Shown here piece by piece: positions 23,701-36,220 of a stretch of DNA of 64,000 bases. The DNA is from Felis catus (Eukaryota). The position numbers were made by a program, and so were the translations under genes. The stretch is taken from the NCBI RefSeq assembly GCF_018350175.1, contig NC_058368.1, forward strand, positions 162,628,001 through 162,692,000. Reading direction: 5' to 3'. The stretch's first letter is position 1, and each line of letters starts with the position of its first letter. The notes below the pieces were generated by a model. That model saw only the letters and a program-made list of their open reading frames with translations, had not been told where the DNA came from and did not search any database.

Positions 23701-26255
23701 GTTTGTTTGTTTGTTTGTTTGGATTCTATATTGTTTATTTCTGCTCTGATCTTTATTATTTCTCTTCTTCTGCTGGGTTTGGGGTGTCTTGGCTGTTCTG
23801 CTTCTAGTTCCTTTAGGTGTGCTGTGAGATTTTGTATTTGGAATTTTTCTTGTTTCTTGAGATAGGCCTGAATTGCAATGTATTTTCCTCTCAGGACTGC
23901 CTTCGCTGCATCTCATAGTGTTTGGATTGTTGTATTTTCATTTTCATTTGTTTCCATATATTTTTAATTTCTTCTCTAATTGCCTGGTTGACCCATTCAT
24001 TCTTTAGTAGGATGTTGTTTAAACTCTATGCTTTCGGAGGTTTTTCAGACTTTTCATGTGGTTGATTTCAAGTTTCATAGCATTGTGATCTGAAAGTGTG
24101 CATGGTATCATCTCAATTCTTTTATATTTATTTAGGGCTGTTTTGTGACCCAGTATGTGATCTATCTTGGAGAATGTTCCATGGGCACTGGAGAAGAAAG
24201 TACATTTTGTTGCTTTGGGATAGAGTTCTAAATATATCTGTCAAGTCCATCTGATCCAATGTATCATTCAGGGCCCTTGTTTCTTTATTATTCTCTGTAT
24301 AGATGATCTATTCATTGCCATAAGTGGAGTATTAAAGTCCCCCAAATTACCACATTCTTATCAATAAGGTTGCTTATGTTTGTGATTAATAGTTTTGTAT
24401 TTTGTAGTTTGTGCTTTTGAATTCGGTGCATAGACATTTATAATTATTAGCTCTTCCTGATGGATAGACCCTGTAATTATTATATAATGCCTGTCTTCAT
24501 CTCTTGTTACAGCCTTTAATTTAAAGTCTAGTTTGTTTGATATAAGTATGGCTACTCCAGCTTTCTTTTGACTTACAGTAGTCAAAATAAATGATAGATA
24601 GCTCTCCACCCCTCACTTTCAATGAAGGTGTCCTCAGGTCTAAAATGAGTCTCCTGCAGACAGCAAATAGATGGGTCTTGTTTTGTTTTTGTTTTTTTAT
24701 CCATTCTGATACCCTATGTCTTTTGATTGGAGCATTTATTCCATTTGCGTTCAGTGATGTTATTGAAAGATATGGGTTTAGAGTCATTGTGATGTCTGTA
24801 GGTTTCATGCTTGTAGTGATGTCTCTGGTACTTTGTGGTCCTTGCAACATTTCCCTCACAGAATCCCCCTTAGGATCTCTTGTAGGGCTGGTTTAAATTT
24901 TTTTTTTAACGTTTTATTTATTTTTGAGACAGAGAGAGACAGAGCATGAACGGGGGAGGGGCAGAGAGAGAGGGAGACACAGAATAGGAAGCAGGCTCCA
25001 AGCTCTGTGCCATCAGCCCAGAGCCCGATGCGGGGCTCGAACTCACAGACTGCGAGATCGTGACCTGAGCTGAAGTCGGGTGCTCAACCGACAGAGCCAC
25101 CCAGGCACCCCATTGTAGGGCTGGTTTAATGTTGATGAATTCCTTCAGTTTTTGTTTGTTTGGGAAAAACTTTATTTCTCCTATATTCTGAATAGAATGA
25201 CACACGTGTCAATTCACTGTGTGAATGACACACTTGCTGGATAAAAGATTCTTGGATGCATATTTTTCCTGTTCATGTCATTGAAGATTTCCTGCCATTC
25301 CTTCCTGGCTTGCCAAGTTTCAGCAGATAGGTCTGTGACTACCTGTATGTGTTTACCTTTGTATGTTAAGGCCTGTTTATCCCTAGTTGCTTTCAGAATT
25401 CTCTCTTCATCCTTGTATTTTGCCAGTTTCACTATGACATGTCATGCAGAAGATCAATTCAAATTACGTCTGAAGGGAGTTCTCTGTGCCTCTTGGATTT
25501 CAATGACTTTTTCCTTCCCCAGATCAGGGAAGTTCTCAGCTATGATTTGTTCAAGTATACCTTCAGCCCCTTTCTCTCTCTTCTTCTTCTTCTGGAATTC
25601 CTATGATACAGAAATTGTTCCATTTGATTGCATCACTTAGTTCTCTAATTCTCCCCTCATACTCCCAGATTTTTTTTCTCTCTCTTTTTCTCAGCTTCCT
25701 CATTTTCCATTTCATCTTCTAATTCACCTATTCTTCCCTCTGCCTCTTCAATCCACACTGTGGCCGCCTCCATTTTATTTTGCACCTCATTTATACCATT
25801 TTTAATTCATTATGACTATTTTTTAGTCCCTTGATCTCTGTAGCAATAGATTCTCTGCTGTTCTCTATGCTTTTTTTCAAGCCCAGCAATTAATTTTATG
25901 ACTATTATTCTAAATCTTGTTCAGTTATATTGCCTAAATTGGTTTTGATCAATTCATTAGCTGTTGCTACTTCTTGGAATTTCTTTTGAGGAGAATTCTT
26001 CCTTTTTTGTCGTATTAGCTAGTTTTCTGTCCCTTCTGCATTTTAAAAGCTTGTTGTGTGCTCTGCACCTGCGAGCACTGCTATATTAAAGGAGGGTCAT
26101 ACACTGTCCAGGGCCTGGCCCTTCAGGAGGTGTTTTTCCAGAGATTGTTATTTGCTCTCTGTTGTTGTGACTTTGGTTATTTTATTACCCTACTCGTGAA
26201 ATTTTGGACCCTCCACCAGATATGCTTTGATTTGTTCCTTAGAGTATCCCTGTGT
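20720..26255 (-). mobile_element. Near-full-length felid/carnivore L1 (ORF1, ORF2, 3' UTR), frameshifted and inactive
   Basis: ORF1 fragment 25214..25432 (ERILKA...DLSAETWQARKEW); ORF2 N-terminus MTLNPYLSI..NG.NAPIKRHR (24521..24859); endonuclease 24361..24609; RT 22860..23075 ([15 protein letters not shown]); C-terminal Cys-rich region 20957..21526. Confidence 0.97.
24897..25112 (-). mobile_element. SINEC nested at the 3' end of L1 ORF1
   Basis: 17-bp TSD ttgtagggctggtttaa at 24880-24896 and 25113-25129. Confidence 0.97.
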
Positions 26256-26377
26256 GGCAGGGCAAATTTTCTTTACCAAATATTTCCATGTCTCATCTTC
26301 CTGTGATCTGCCTTCTTACCTTTTGAAGCACCCAAACCCCTTTCTCTTTCCTTAGCTGAGGATGGTATATAAGGCTC
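26256..26377 (+). mobile_element. Short LTR-like fragment (MER34-like U3 with TATA)
   Basis: 'ctgtgatctgcc...tttgaagcacccaaacccc...ttccttagctgaggatggtatataag'; family name from memory. Confidence 0.45.
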
Positions 26378-26479
26378 TGAATGTTCATCTTTTGATAATT
26401 ACTCATCATGTTCTAGCTTTTGAAGATCTAATATTTGATGACATTTTAAACATTTTCTTTTTAAACCAAATGCATTTTT

Positions 26480-26789
26480 TAATTTTTCAATTGAAGTAAA
26501 GTAGACATGTTACATTAGTTTCAAGTGTACAACACAGTGATTTAACAAGTCTAAACATTATGCTATGGCCACAAGTGTAGCTACCATCTGCCACCATACA
26601 ACACTATTACAATACCATTGACTGTACTGCCTGTACTGTATCTTTATCCCTGTGATTTATTCATTCTGTAACTCTAAGTCTGTGTTTCCCACTCCCCTTC
26701 ATCCATTTTGCCCAACCCCCAAGCCCCTCTCTCTTCTGGCAATCATCAGTTCATTGTATTTGTGGGTCTGTTCTGCTTTCTGTTTGTTT
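26480..26789 (-). mobile_element. Short L1 3' end
   Basis: L1 3' UTR motifs; TSD ccaaatgcattttt at 26466-26479 and 26790-26803. Confidence 0.9.
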
Positions 26790-27337
26790 CCAAATGCATT
26801 TTTAACATTCAAATGATCAAAAGATTTTTCTATCAGTACCACACCCATTACAACCTTTCTGATTTTTTCTATAATTGTTTTATATTTTAAAGCAAGTACT
26901 TGAGTTTGATAAAATATATTGAGACCAGGGCAGGACTATGTTTGAATCCTTTGTATAAATTCACCTTAAGAACTCTCTAAAGGAAACCACTGTAAAAATT
27001 TAAAAGTCCAGCATAGTATCTTTTACTTGTATAACCATATAAAATACACTATTCCTCTGTAATCATAAAAATTTAAGTCTTTAGTATAATCATAACTTGT
27101 AGTATATACCTTAAACATTTAAAACCATTTGACTTGATTTAACTTCTCTAAGAACCTAAGAATTAGCAGACTATCAGGCCTTATAGATGTTTACCAAAAC
27201 ACAGAATTTTGAACTCTTCTGGTGGAAAAGTTAATGGAAATAGTTTTCCACTTTATATAAAGGAAGACATTTGGAGATCAGAGGATAAAATTTGTGGGTG
27301 ATAATTGGGGTCATCCATTTAAAATTTACTCTGACAA

Positions 27338-27464
27338 AGGGGTGACTGAGTGACTCAGTCAGTTAAGTGTCTGACTCTTGATTTCAGCTCAGGTCATGAT
27401 CTCCCTGTATGTGAGACTGAGCCATGCATAGAGCTCAGAACTGACAGCACTGAGCCGGCTCAAG

Positions 27465-27515
<51 letters not shown>

Positions 27516-27573
27516 CTTCTCCTCTTGTTCTCTCTCAAAAATAAATAAATAAACTTAAAAAAATAAAATAAAA
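27338..27573 (+). mobile_element. SINEC
   Basis: Head, (CT)n tract and aaataaataa tail. Confidence 0.93.
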
Positions 27574-28536
27574 TTCTCAGAAATACTTTCAACTAATGTA
27601 ATGGCCTGTTTAGTGAGAATCTACTCAGGAAGGTATCCAAAAATTCTCAGTAAATAATTCTAGAGTCATTTTTTAACAATGTGTAGAGCATAGAGAAGTT
27701 CATATAAAGTATATGGTTTTCTTATGTACAACTCTCCTGCCTTTACTCTGGAAAAGATAAAAAAGAATATGCTTGAGTGTAGCATTTATTTGCTCTTGAA
27801 AAAGTAGAAAGCCAGACAAAGTCTTGCTGATAGTTATTCTGAACTAGAATTGGAACATTCTCCATTTTTCTACCTATGTGGAATCAGATGAATCCTCAAT
27901 CAGGAAAATCCTCTATTTATTCTGACCTAAAGTCTGATGCACTAGGATTTTCAAGAAGAGACCCAAGTCTGAACTATCTTTCTTGTGTGAGATGTAGAGT
28001 TTCCTCAGTGACAGGTGATATAGGAGACCAAGGGAGAAGGGCCAATTGAATTGAGGGGATGGAGAGGGTTGGCCAAATTAAATTACAATGCAAAATCTGA
28101 GGCTGTCCATCCCTTGCCTCCTTCTTCTTACAAAAAAGTGTATTTATCAGTCAGTTCACTCTGACTCTGTAATGCTTTAAGTTGTTTACCTGACTGTTAA
28201 GTGAAAAATGCCTAACACCATGCTGAGGCTCACCATGCTATCAGACTGGGGAAAACACAGTGTCATGTTACTTCAATGGCAGTACCCTTTTCCTGTAGAC
28301 CTGGTAGAGGACAAGTGAGAGGCTCACATGGCACATTAGACCAAGGGGACTGCAGACAAGCAGGCAAGTCCCTGAGCATAACAGGCCACAAGACCAATTC
28401 TCCTCATCTTTCCCAATGACCTATACTTTATCACGGAACAAACTACCCATCCTACTACCTGAGAGAATAGAGGTTGTCCCTCCATATCTTGCCTAGAAAA
28501 TAGAAACACTAATTTTAGTGGTTTTTTTCTGAGTGT

Positions 28537-28759
28537 TTTTTTTTTAATGTTCATTTATTTTTGAGACTGAGAAAGAGAGAGAGGGAGAAAGCATGCATGT
28601 GCAAGCAGGGGAGTGGCAGAGAGATGGGGGGACAGAGGATCCAAAACAGGCTCTGAACTGAGAGCAGCAAGCCTGATATGGGGCTCAAACTCACAATCCT
28701 TGAGATCATGACCTGAGCATAAGTCAAAAACTCAACTGACTGAGCTATCCAGGTGCCCC
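28537..28759 (-). mobile_element. SINEC
   Basis: Reverse-complement SINEC ending 'ccaggtgcccc'. Confidence 0.94.
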
Positions 28760-29129
28760 TGAGAAGTGAATGTTTAAGTAAAAATGAGTAAGAAAATTTC
28801 AATTTTATCTCTTCTAAATGCTAGTAAAATATTTTTTTCAGTGGTCATGCTCTTCCCTTTATTGCAAGTTCTTTCATTATTAAGAACATAAATCTTGGGA
28901 CGGAGGGATATTTTCACAAATATCCTATCTACCTAAGAGAAAAAAAGGACAGTGTTCCTTAAAAAAAATTATGAGGACTATTTCTTTATATAAAACTTGT
29001 CCTGAAATGATGGCTCTTTCAGCCATAACATTGGTAAATTTGGATCATATACTCTAACACTTCCAACATCTAATAGCAGCAAAATGGACAATAGGAACAT
29101 CTTCCATCTCTAGGTCCACAAAGTTAGGG

Positions 29130-29345
29130 ATTCCAAGCACCATTATTCATAAGTGTTCTGTTTTAAAACGTACTCTATGTTTAGGTAAGTATTAAAAAAT
29201 ATTTCTAAAGTAAAGATAAATGTATTTTAATGAAAGATTTCTCTGATTCTGCAGCATACCAATGTGTTGTGTGATGCTGCAAGAGAGACAAACCATATGC
29301 TGTTTTCCTCAAATACACTTGACCCCAGAAATCTGTTTTGGGACA
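29130..29345. mobile_element. Possible ancient hAT-Charlie-type DNA transposon remnant
   Basis: 'caatgtgttgtgtgatgctgcaagag...tttcctcaaatacacttgaccccagaa' resembles recalled MER/Charlie sequence. Confidence 0.3.
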
Positions 29346-30778
29346 GTTGAAGAAGGAGGAAGGATAATTTACATGTATTAACAGCTGGAGAAAACAGTAA
29401 TGTTTAATGGAAACCTCGTTTGGGTAAAATAATCCTGGGAGAGGGACTGAAAGATGTGGATGTCTCTTCTAGAAAAGACAGTGGGCTCCAACCCTGGCAC
29501 AAAGTTCATAAAATGAAATAAAAATCAACACCATGAGGTAAATGCTTGTATACCAAGTTGTATTTTCATATGTTGAAAGAAATTAGCCTAATTCTGGCTT
29601 GATTCTTTGGAATCTGGAAATGATCAACAACATAAATAATTAATGTAGCTGAAATGAGGGTGGAACAGCCCATATTTCAGCTGCAGAGTATCAAGAGCAG
29701 ATGCTACTGAGGACCATTATCATTGCTGAACAAGATGAGTGCAATACAAGTTCTGCTGAAAATCTCAAGTCATGCTAAGGGTCATGGTAAAGACCAGGGA
29801 TTTTGCCAAAGCTGGACTAGGAAGCAGCATGCGTGGACTTCATCCTCAGGACAAGGAGGTCCTAGATGAAAATTCTCCAACAAATCCTCTTAGCTGAGAC
29901 CAAAATATAAGCTCTAGTGCCCATGACCTACTCTGGGAGGAGCCATGAGAGTGGATCCCATGTTTATCACTAAACTGAATCTGGATGTATCAACTCTGTA
30001 CAAACTGGGAGATGCTCACTGTGGCCCCTATGGAAACTCTAGCATCATGACATTGCTAATTACCTAGAGTGTGATGGCCAGTCCATTACCTAATCTGATT
30101 CTAAACAAGTGCTTATGCAAGGAGCAGTGGCTCCAAGTTTGTTGTGGGGAGATCTTTCCACAGTTCTAACTGGGGGCTCAAGAAAATAGATGCTGACTTC
30201 CCAGAATAGAAGTTATTGGTTATTGAGTAACTGACAGTGGACACTAAACTTATATATGAATTCTTTAAATCAGGGGGGAAATGAAAAGTTGAATACACTT
30301 CAATTAGCTAATTTGTCCCAACTCATTTTTTGCAATGTTAACAAAAAACGTATCTCCTTTAAATTTATGTTCACTCTCTGATTATTTTTTCACATCAGTC
30401 TACAACTAGATATGTCATGAAGAAAAGGCTATCTTTTCCATCATATACAAACATATTAGAACACAAAGTCTGACATATTGATGAATATAAAAGCACAATG
30501 ACCTAACAGTATAATAATCAGTGAAAAGAGGGTAATATCAGCTAAGTCCAGATAATTAGCCCTTCACTAATCTGTGCACACTCTGTGAACCAGAGTATAA
30601 CAATCATGCTAAGTCTCATTATATGATTTTTTCCTACAAATTTCAAGCCCTTCAGATATTTTTTTAGCAACTTAACAAATTAAATAGAAAATGTTCTTAT
30701 TTTGATGGAGCACCTAGAGCAGAGAGAGAGTGAGTAACCTCAGTTATATACTAATCAGTAATCAAAAAGTTTATGGCT

Positions 30779-30990
30779 GGGGAACCTGGGTGGCTCAGTT
30801 GGTTAAGTGTCCATCTTCGGCTTAGGTCATAATCTCACGTTCATGAGTTCAAGCCCTGCGTTGGTCTCTGTACTGACAGCTCAGAGCCTGGAGCCTGCTT
30901 CATATTCTGTGTCCCCTTCTCTATCTGGACTTCACCCACTATCTCTCTCTCTCAAATATAAAATAAAATAAATTAAAAAGTAATAAAAAG
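30779..30990 (+). mobile_element. SINEC
   Basis: Head and tail present; approximate TSD aagt(tt/a)atggctgg. Confidence 0.94.
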
Positions 30991-31004
30991 AAGTAATGGC
31001 TGGC

Positions 31005-31335
31005 AGAACTTGGGTAGCTGTTCACCAAACACTTCCCTTTTTCCTCTTGGCTACGCACCCCAGACTCCTTTGCTGTGAGTTCAGCCATGAGACAGAGTCT
31101 TACAGAATGTAATGTGGGCAGAAATAATGCACACCACTTACAGACTTAGCCTAAAACACCCTTGTAAAATCCTCCATTTACATTCCCCATCAACCTGCTA
31201 ATAAATGTAAAGGGTCCCTAGAGTAGGGAAAACACAAAGAGCAACAAGCACAGTATTATTTGTTTTAAGTTATTAAAATCTGAGGACCCTTCATAACATT
31301 ATAAGTTTTCATAAGTTAGACTACCCTGATAACAT
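31005..31335. mobile_element. MLT1 (MaLR) LTR, MLT1I/J-like
   Basis: 'ccagactcctttgctgtgag...aatgtgggcagaaataatgcacaccactt...ttgttttaagttatta'. Confidence 0.65.
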
Positions 31336-31867
31336 AGGAAAATATTTATGATGTTTTAAACCAAAATGTATGTTTCAAACCACAGCACTCATTAGCAGCT
31401 AATAATTCAAGCTCACTCTTAACTTGCCTAATTTTGACACTGTCTTTTCAGACTGAAAAGGAACACCATCCCTCTGCTGTTGATCTTTCAATACCTGTTG
31501 ATGTTGTCATAGAACAAACTAGAATCCTAGAAATCACTGAAAGCCTACAGTAAAGCCTTATAAAGTACAGTAAAGTAAAGCCTTGCACTCTGCTGTCCAA
31601 TTCTTAATTTGGGGGATACTGAAAGTTTTCAAATGCAAAACCAACACGCAAAAAAACCCAGTAACAACAACTTAGGGAAGCACGTGTTTTTTCTTTCCCT
31701 TTCTGGTTTATGGAGTAATATTTAATGTTGTTTTCATTGTTTTTTTTGTGTAAATATGGTTTTAGAGCTGTTTTACTTTTAAAATATGACTTTATTTAAA
31801 TGTATAGAGACAAGAGATATCAAAATACCAATAAATGCATATTATTCAAAAATAGTAAGTTAATTTG

Positions 31868-32560
31868 ACCCCAAACCTATTAGAATGCTTATTACCAAAG
31901 GCAAAAAATATCAAGTATTGCCAAGAACACAGAGAAAGTGGAACCCATTGTGCACTGCTGATGGGAATATCAATCAGTGCAGCCACTAAGACAAAAGTAT
32001 GGAGGATTCTCAGAAAATTAAAAATAGAACTACCATATGATCCAGCAATTCCGCTTCTTGGTATTTATCCAAAGGAAATGAAAACACTAACTTAAAAAGA
32101 TACATATATCCCATGTTCACTGCTGTATTATTTATAATAGCCAAGACATGGAAGCAACCTAAGTGTTCACAGGCAGAAGAATGCATAAAGAATTTGAAAA
32201 GAAAATGTATACATACACAATGGAATCTTCTTTAGCCATAAAAAAGGCAATCTTGCATTTGCAAAAACAATGATGGACCTTGAGGGCATTATGCTAAGTA
32301 AAGTAAGTCTGTCAGAGAAAGATAATTATCTCATCATCTCACTTACATGTGAGACCTTAAAACAAATAAAAACCCTAAATCATAGATACAGAGAACAGAC
32401 TAGTGGTTGCTAGAGGCAAGGAGTGAGGAGTGGGCAAAATAGGTGAAGGTGGTCAAAAGGTACAAACTTCCAGTTACAAAATAAATGCCATGGAGATACT
32501 ATGTACAGCATGATGACTATAGTTAATAATACTGTTTGAAATACTGTTTGAATACTGCTA
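31868..32560 (+). mobile_element. L1 ORF2 end and 3' UTR
   Basis: ORF 31865..32095 KLKIELPYDPAIPLLGIYPKE. Confidence 0.93.
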
Positions 32561-34769
32561 GATGATACACTGGCCTCTATTTTGTGCTCTTGTTGAACAT
32601 TTTTCTTTTGTCTTTATGTTGATTTTCATTGAGGCAGTGCTACTTTGGTTTAAAATCATAAGGTCAAAATTGAATTTGGCAACACTGAGTTGTGGTGTTG
32701 TCTATATAGGATCCATATCTTAGCATAAGCTATAACAGAGTTAAGGATTTGTTCAAAAGCATTGCTACAGACTTAAAAAAAAAAAGGATTGTAATTATTT
32801 TCTGTTGGGGCATGTGAGATTGTCTACCATACCCGAATCATCTACTCCTAACTGCTACATGAGTGGTCCTAAGACTCTTAATAAAGAAAATAGTAATTTG
32901 TTGCTCAGGAATAATTATCAGCCTCCTATGGGGATGCAAATTTGAGACACAAGCTCATTTGTGGCATATTTCTAACACCACTTCAGTGTGGATGTCCTTT
33001 GAGCATACTGTTTTCCGAACCCACAGAATTATAGTGAATCTTTGATACAGCAGAGATATCTGTCTCCCAGAAACAGATCTTGAGAATTAGCGAGACATAA
33101 TTTGCAGAAGAAAGTTTTTGTGAGTAAGTCACAAAAAGTGTTCAAAAACATTTTTGTGCCTGGTTGTCAGGACTTCTATTTTATCCCAGTGTGACAAAAA
33201 TTACATTTTTCCATGTTTGAAAAACCTTATCTCATTTAAAAATATTTTCATTTATATTCTCAAAACTGGCTAGTGCTGCTTTAAAAAACAAAAGCTGATG
33301 TGAGAGAAAACACAAAGCTTGCTAGATACAGCAAGAAGGTAACCTAGCAGAGAAATAAGGCACAATTCTGTGTTCATTTTGGTCATGTGTTGAGAAAGAA
33401 AGGAGGCAACGTGGAAGCAATGAAGAAGGAGGGGGAGTAATGGGTAAAATGGATGTTTGGTATAAGCAGGATTGCTAAGAATGGAAACTCTTGATGTAGA
33501 AGCTGAGCTAAATTCTTAGGACTCCTTCTGCCACTGACAGGCAAAGTTATTGGGTCATGGAGGTTGTGTGCTCCACTAAAGCATCTGCTAAGGTGTGAAG
33601 AATCCAATTTCACCTGCATTCGACTCACCTGGCAAAGCACTCTGGCATAAGTTTACATTCCCAGGGAGGAAGCTGGAAGTTGTGCCTTTCACACACACAT
33701 ACACACATGCAGAGTTCTGCTATAGACAAGCCATATTTATGCGGGGACCCATCTGTCCTCCAAGGAGAACCACTTTTAATTTACACAAATTTTTATCGAG
33801 GCCAACAGACACCTTAGAAACAGTTGAGTGACCCCGAATTCCTTCTGATGCTAAAATTCTAACATTAGCCTGAGCTCCATGTAGGTGGGACTGGCTCTGT
33901 AGCAACAATGTGAGAGGCACAGAAATTAGTCATTATGGCCCTCAGCCTTCTCATCAACAACAAAGAGAAGTTGCCTTTTACCTACCAAGACAGGTCAGTA
34001 TAAGAGATAAAATAAAATAATGACATCATAAGCTGTGAAGTACTATGGACTTTAATATATAGATGAAATGGGAGAGGTAAACTTGGAAGAGTAAAGACAA
34101 CCTTTACCTGGATACTGTTTAGGAAACAGCAGAATAAGATTTTTTTTTCTAGTAAAAAGATAAAAATCTGGAGCTAAGTAAACACCATTAATGCCACACA
34201 TTCCCCAAACTTCAAAGGTTCAAAACCAGAAGGTAAATTATGAATAGCCTTGAAGCAATGAGTCTTGAAAAGAGTCAGGCCAGGTGAGATTGTTCCCTTC
34301 TTATGCTTGTAAGATCTCATCATATATATCCTGACCTTAATGAGCTCTTGAGAAAAACAACAACAAAAACAACAGAGAAGAACTTAAAAGGCGTGGGAGA
34401 ATTTCTGATACTCTCACTGAACACAGACTTCATTGTGAGCATAAGTAGAAAGATGTAAATTGTTTTCAATTCCAGTGTACTTGTCTTAGTATAAACACCT
34501 CACCAGGAGTAAAGATTTAAAGATGCATAAAAGGCAGCTACTTATCTGATGCTCAAAAACAAAACAAAACAAAAAAGAGTGTTCTTCAAAAGTTAGGGTC
34601 AAAAAATGTTTCTGTTGCATTCTGTGCTGCAATATGTGAGGGAAATGAAGAATATTCCAGAGTAGTATTTATTATTTGAATTGCACTCTTCCCATTTTAC
34701 AATTTAAATCACATAGAAAATTCTATTTCACTCTCTTACATTAAATAATTCTAAAAACTATTGAAATGA

Positions 34770-35577
34770 GTTCCTAATTACTCTCCCCTGGCTCTAACCT
34801 TGGCCCTTTTCAACTGACCCTTGAAGAGCTACCAAAGCGATCTTTCTAAAATGAAAATCAGATCATCTGTCTCCCTTGATTAAAATCTTCCCCAATAAAG
34901 TTTTATTACCAAGATTAAATGCCAAGTTATTTAGTTTGGCATAAAAGGTTCCCCTTGATTTGACCCCTAACTGTTCATTTTCATCTCTCTACACCAAGTC
35001 CAAGCTAACATTTAATGCCTTAGCCAAACTGAACAGCTTATAGTTTGTTCTAGACAACAATTATTTACACATACTCTTCTCTATGCCTATAATACTTTCC
35101 CACCCTTTTTGTGTGCAAAACTGTTCCTCATCATTCAAAGGTCAGCTCAGTAGAAACTTGCTTAAGAAGTCCTCCATGAGGCAACACAATTTAAAATTTT
35201 TCTTAACCATGCTTCATTTATACCTTCGCATGCTTGTAATCTAGCATTTTAAAAAAAAATTTAATGTTTATTTATTTTTGACAGAGAGAGAAGGAGACAC
35301 AGAATCCAAAGCAGGCTCCAGGCTCTGAGCTGTCAGCACAGAGCTTGACACAAGGCTCGAACTCAGACCAGGAGATCATGACCTGAGCCGAAGTCGGACG
35401 ATCAACGGACTGAGCCACCCAGGCACCCCTGTAGTCTAGCATTTTTTAGCCCTAAACTAATAGCATTTACTAGACCGAGACTTTCTCAGAAGTGAGCGCT
35501 GTAACTTTACTTTTCCAGTGCCTGTTACTTGATTCATAGACGGTAGTCCATAAATCGTTTATAAGTGAATCAATAAA
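34770..35577 (+). mobile_element. L2 3' end, interrupted by a SINEC
   Basis: 'gatctttctaaaatgaaaatcagatcat...aaggtcagctca...gtgaatcaataaa'. Confidence 0.75.
35251..35429 (-). mobile_element. SINEC
   Basis: TSD tgta(a/g)tctagcatttt at 35235-35250 and 35430-35445. Confidence 0.95.
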
Positions 35578-35774
35578 GTGCCACTGCATCAGCATCTCAC
35601 TTTGTATTCCAGTGCCAACTAAATCCCTTTACCATTTTACTCTCCCGTAAGGTCAGAATACGCATACTTGTTCTCACTCTTGATTCAAGATCCTCCATAA
35701 TTTCTTCCCCAAACCTAATCACTGTCAGGCAGATTTACTGATTCCCTAGAACGGCTTCCATTATTATCAGATGT

Positions 35775-36220
35775 TCTGTATGTGTTATCTTTGGCTACAA
35801 AGACAACTTTGGTAACAAAGTTTATAGTCTAAATGGCTCACCACAACACATTTTATCCCTCTCTCACATTAAATGAGAGCTGCAGATTGACTACAGGACC
35901 AAAACGGATAGGAAATAGATCTGCTACATCTTCTAATTACAGGATTTAGGCAGAAGAGTAGCCCCTATCTGTTACACACTGTTTTCTCAGGAAAGAGGCA
36001 AGAAAAAGAGACAACATATCAACTACAAAATCACATTCAAAGTTTCTACTTAAATCCACTCACAGTCCATTGCAAACTGACTCATCTGTCCTAGTCTGAC
36101 AACAGGGCAGGGAATATCCTCTACTCTACCTACAAGAAGGCATGGCAAGAGCAAAGATGGAGAATACTTTTACATGAATGAGAACAGACAACTGGTCACA
36201 ATAAAACAGTCTACTACAGA
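35775..36220. mobile_element. Old MLT1 (MaLR) LTR
   Basis: TG...CA ends; 'cacagtccattg...gggcagggaatat...agtctactaca'. Confidence 0.55.

Noticed and set aside
20957..25432. Active L1 or host gene
   Set aside because: ORF1 and ORF2 are broken into many frames, a SINE interrupts the element, and the 5' UTR is missing.
29640..30230. Possible processed pseudogene
   Set aside because: A trial translation gave a short unrecognisable peptide; no polyA or TSD seen; may be an old LTR.
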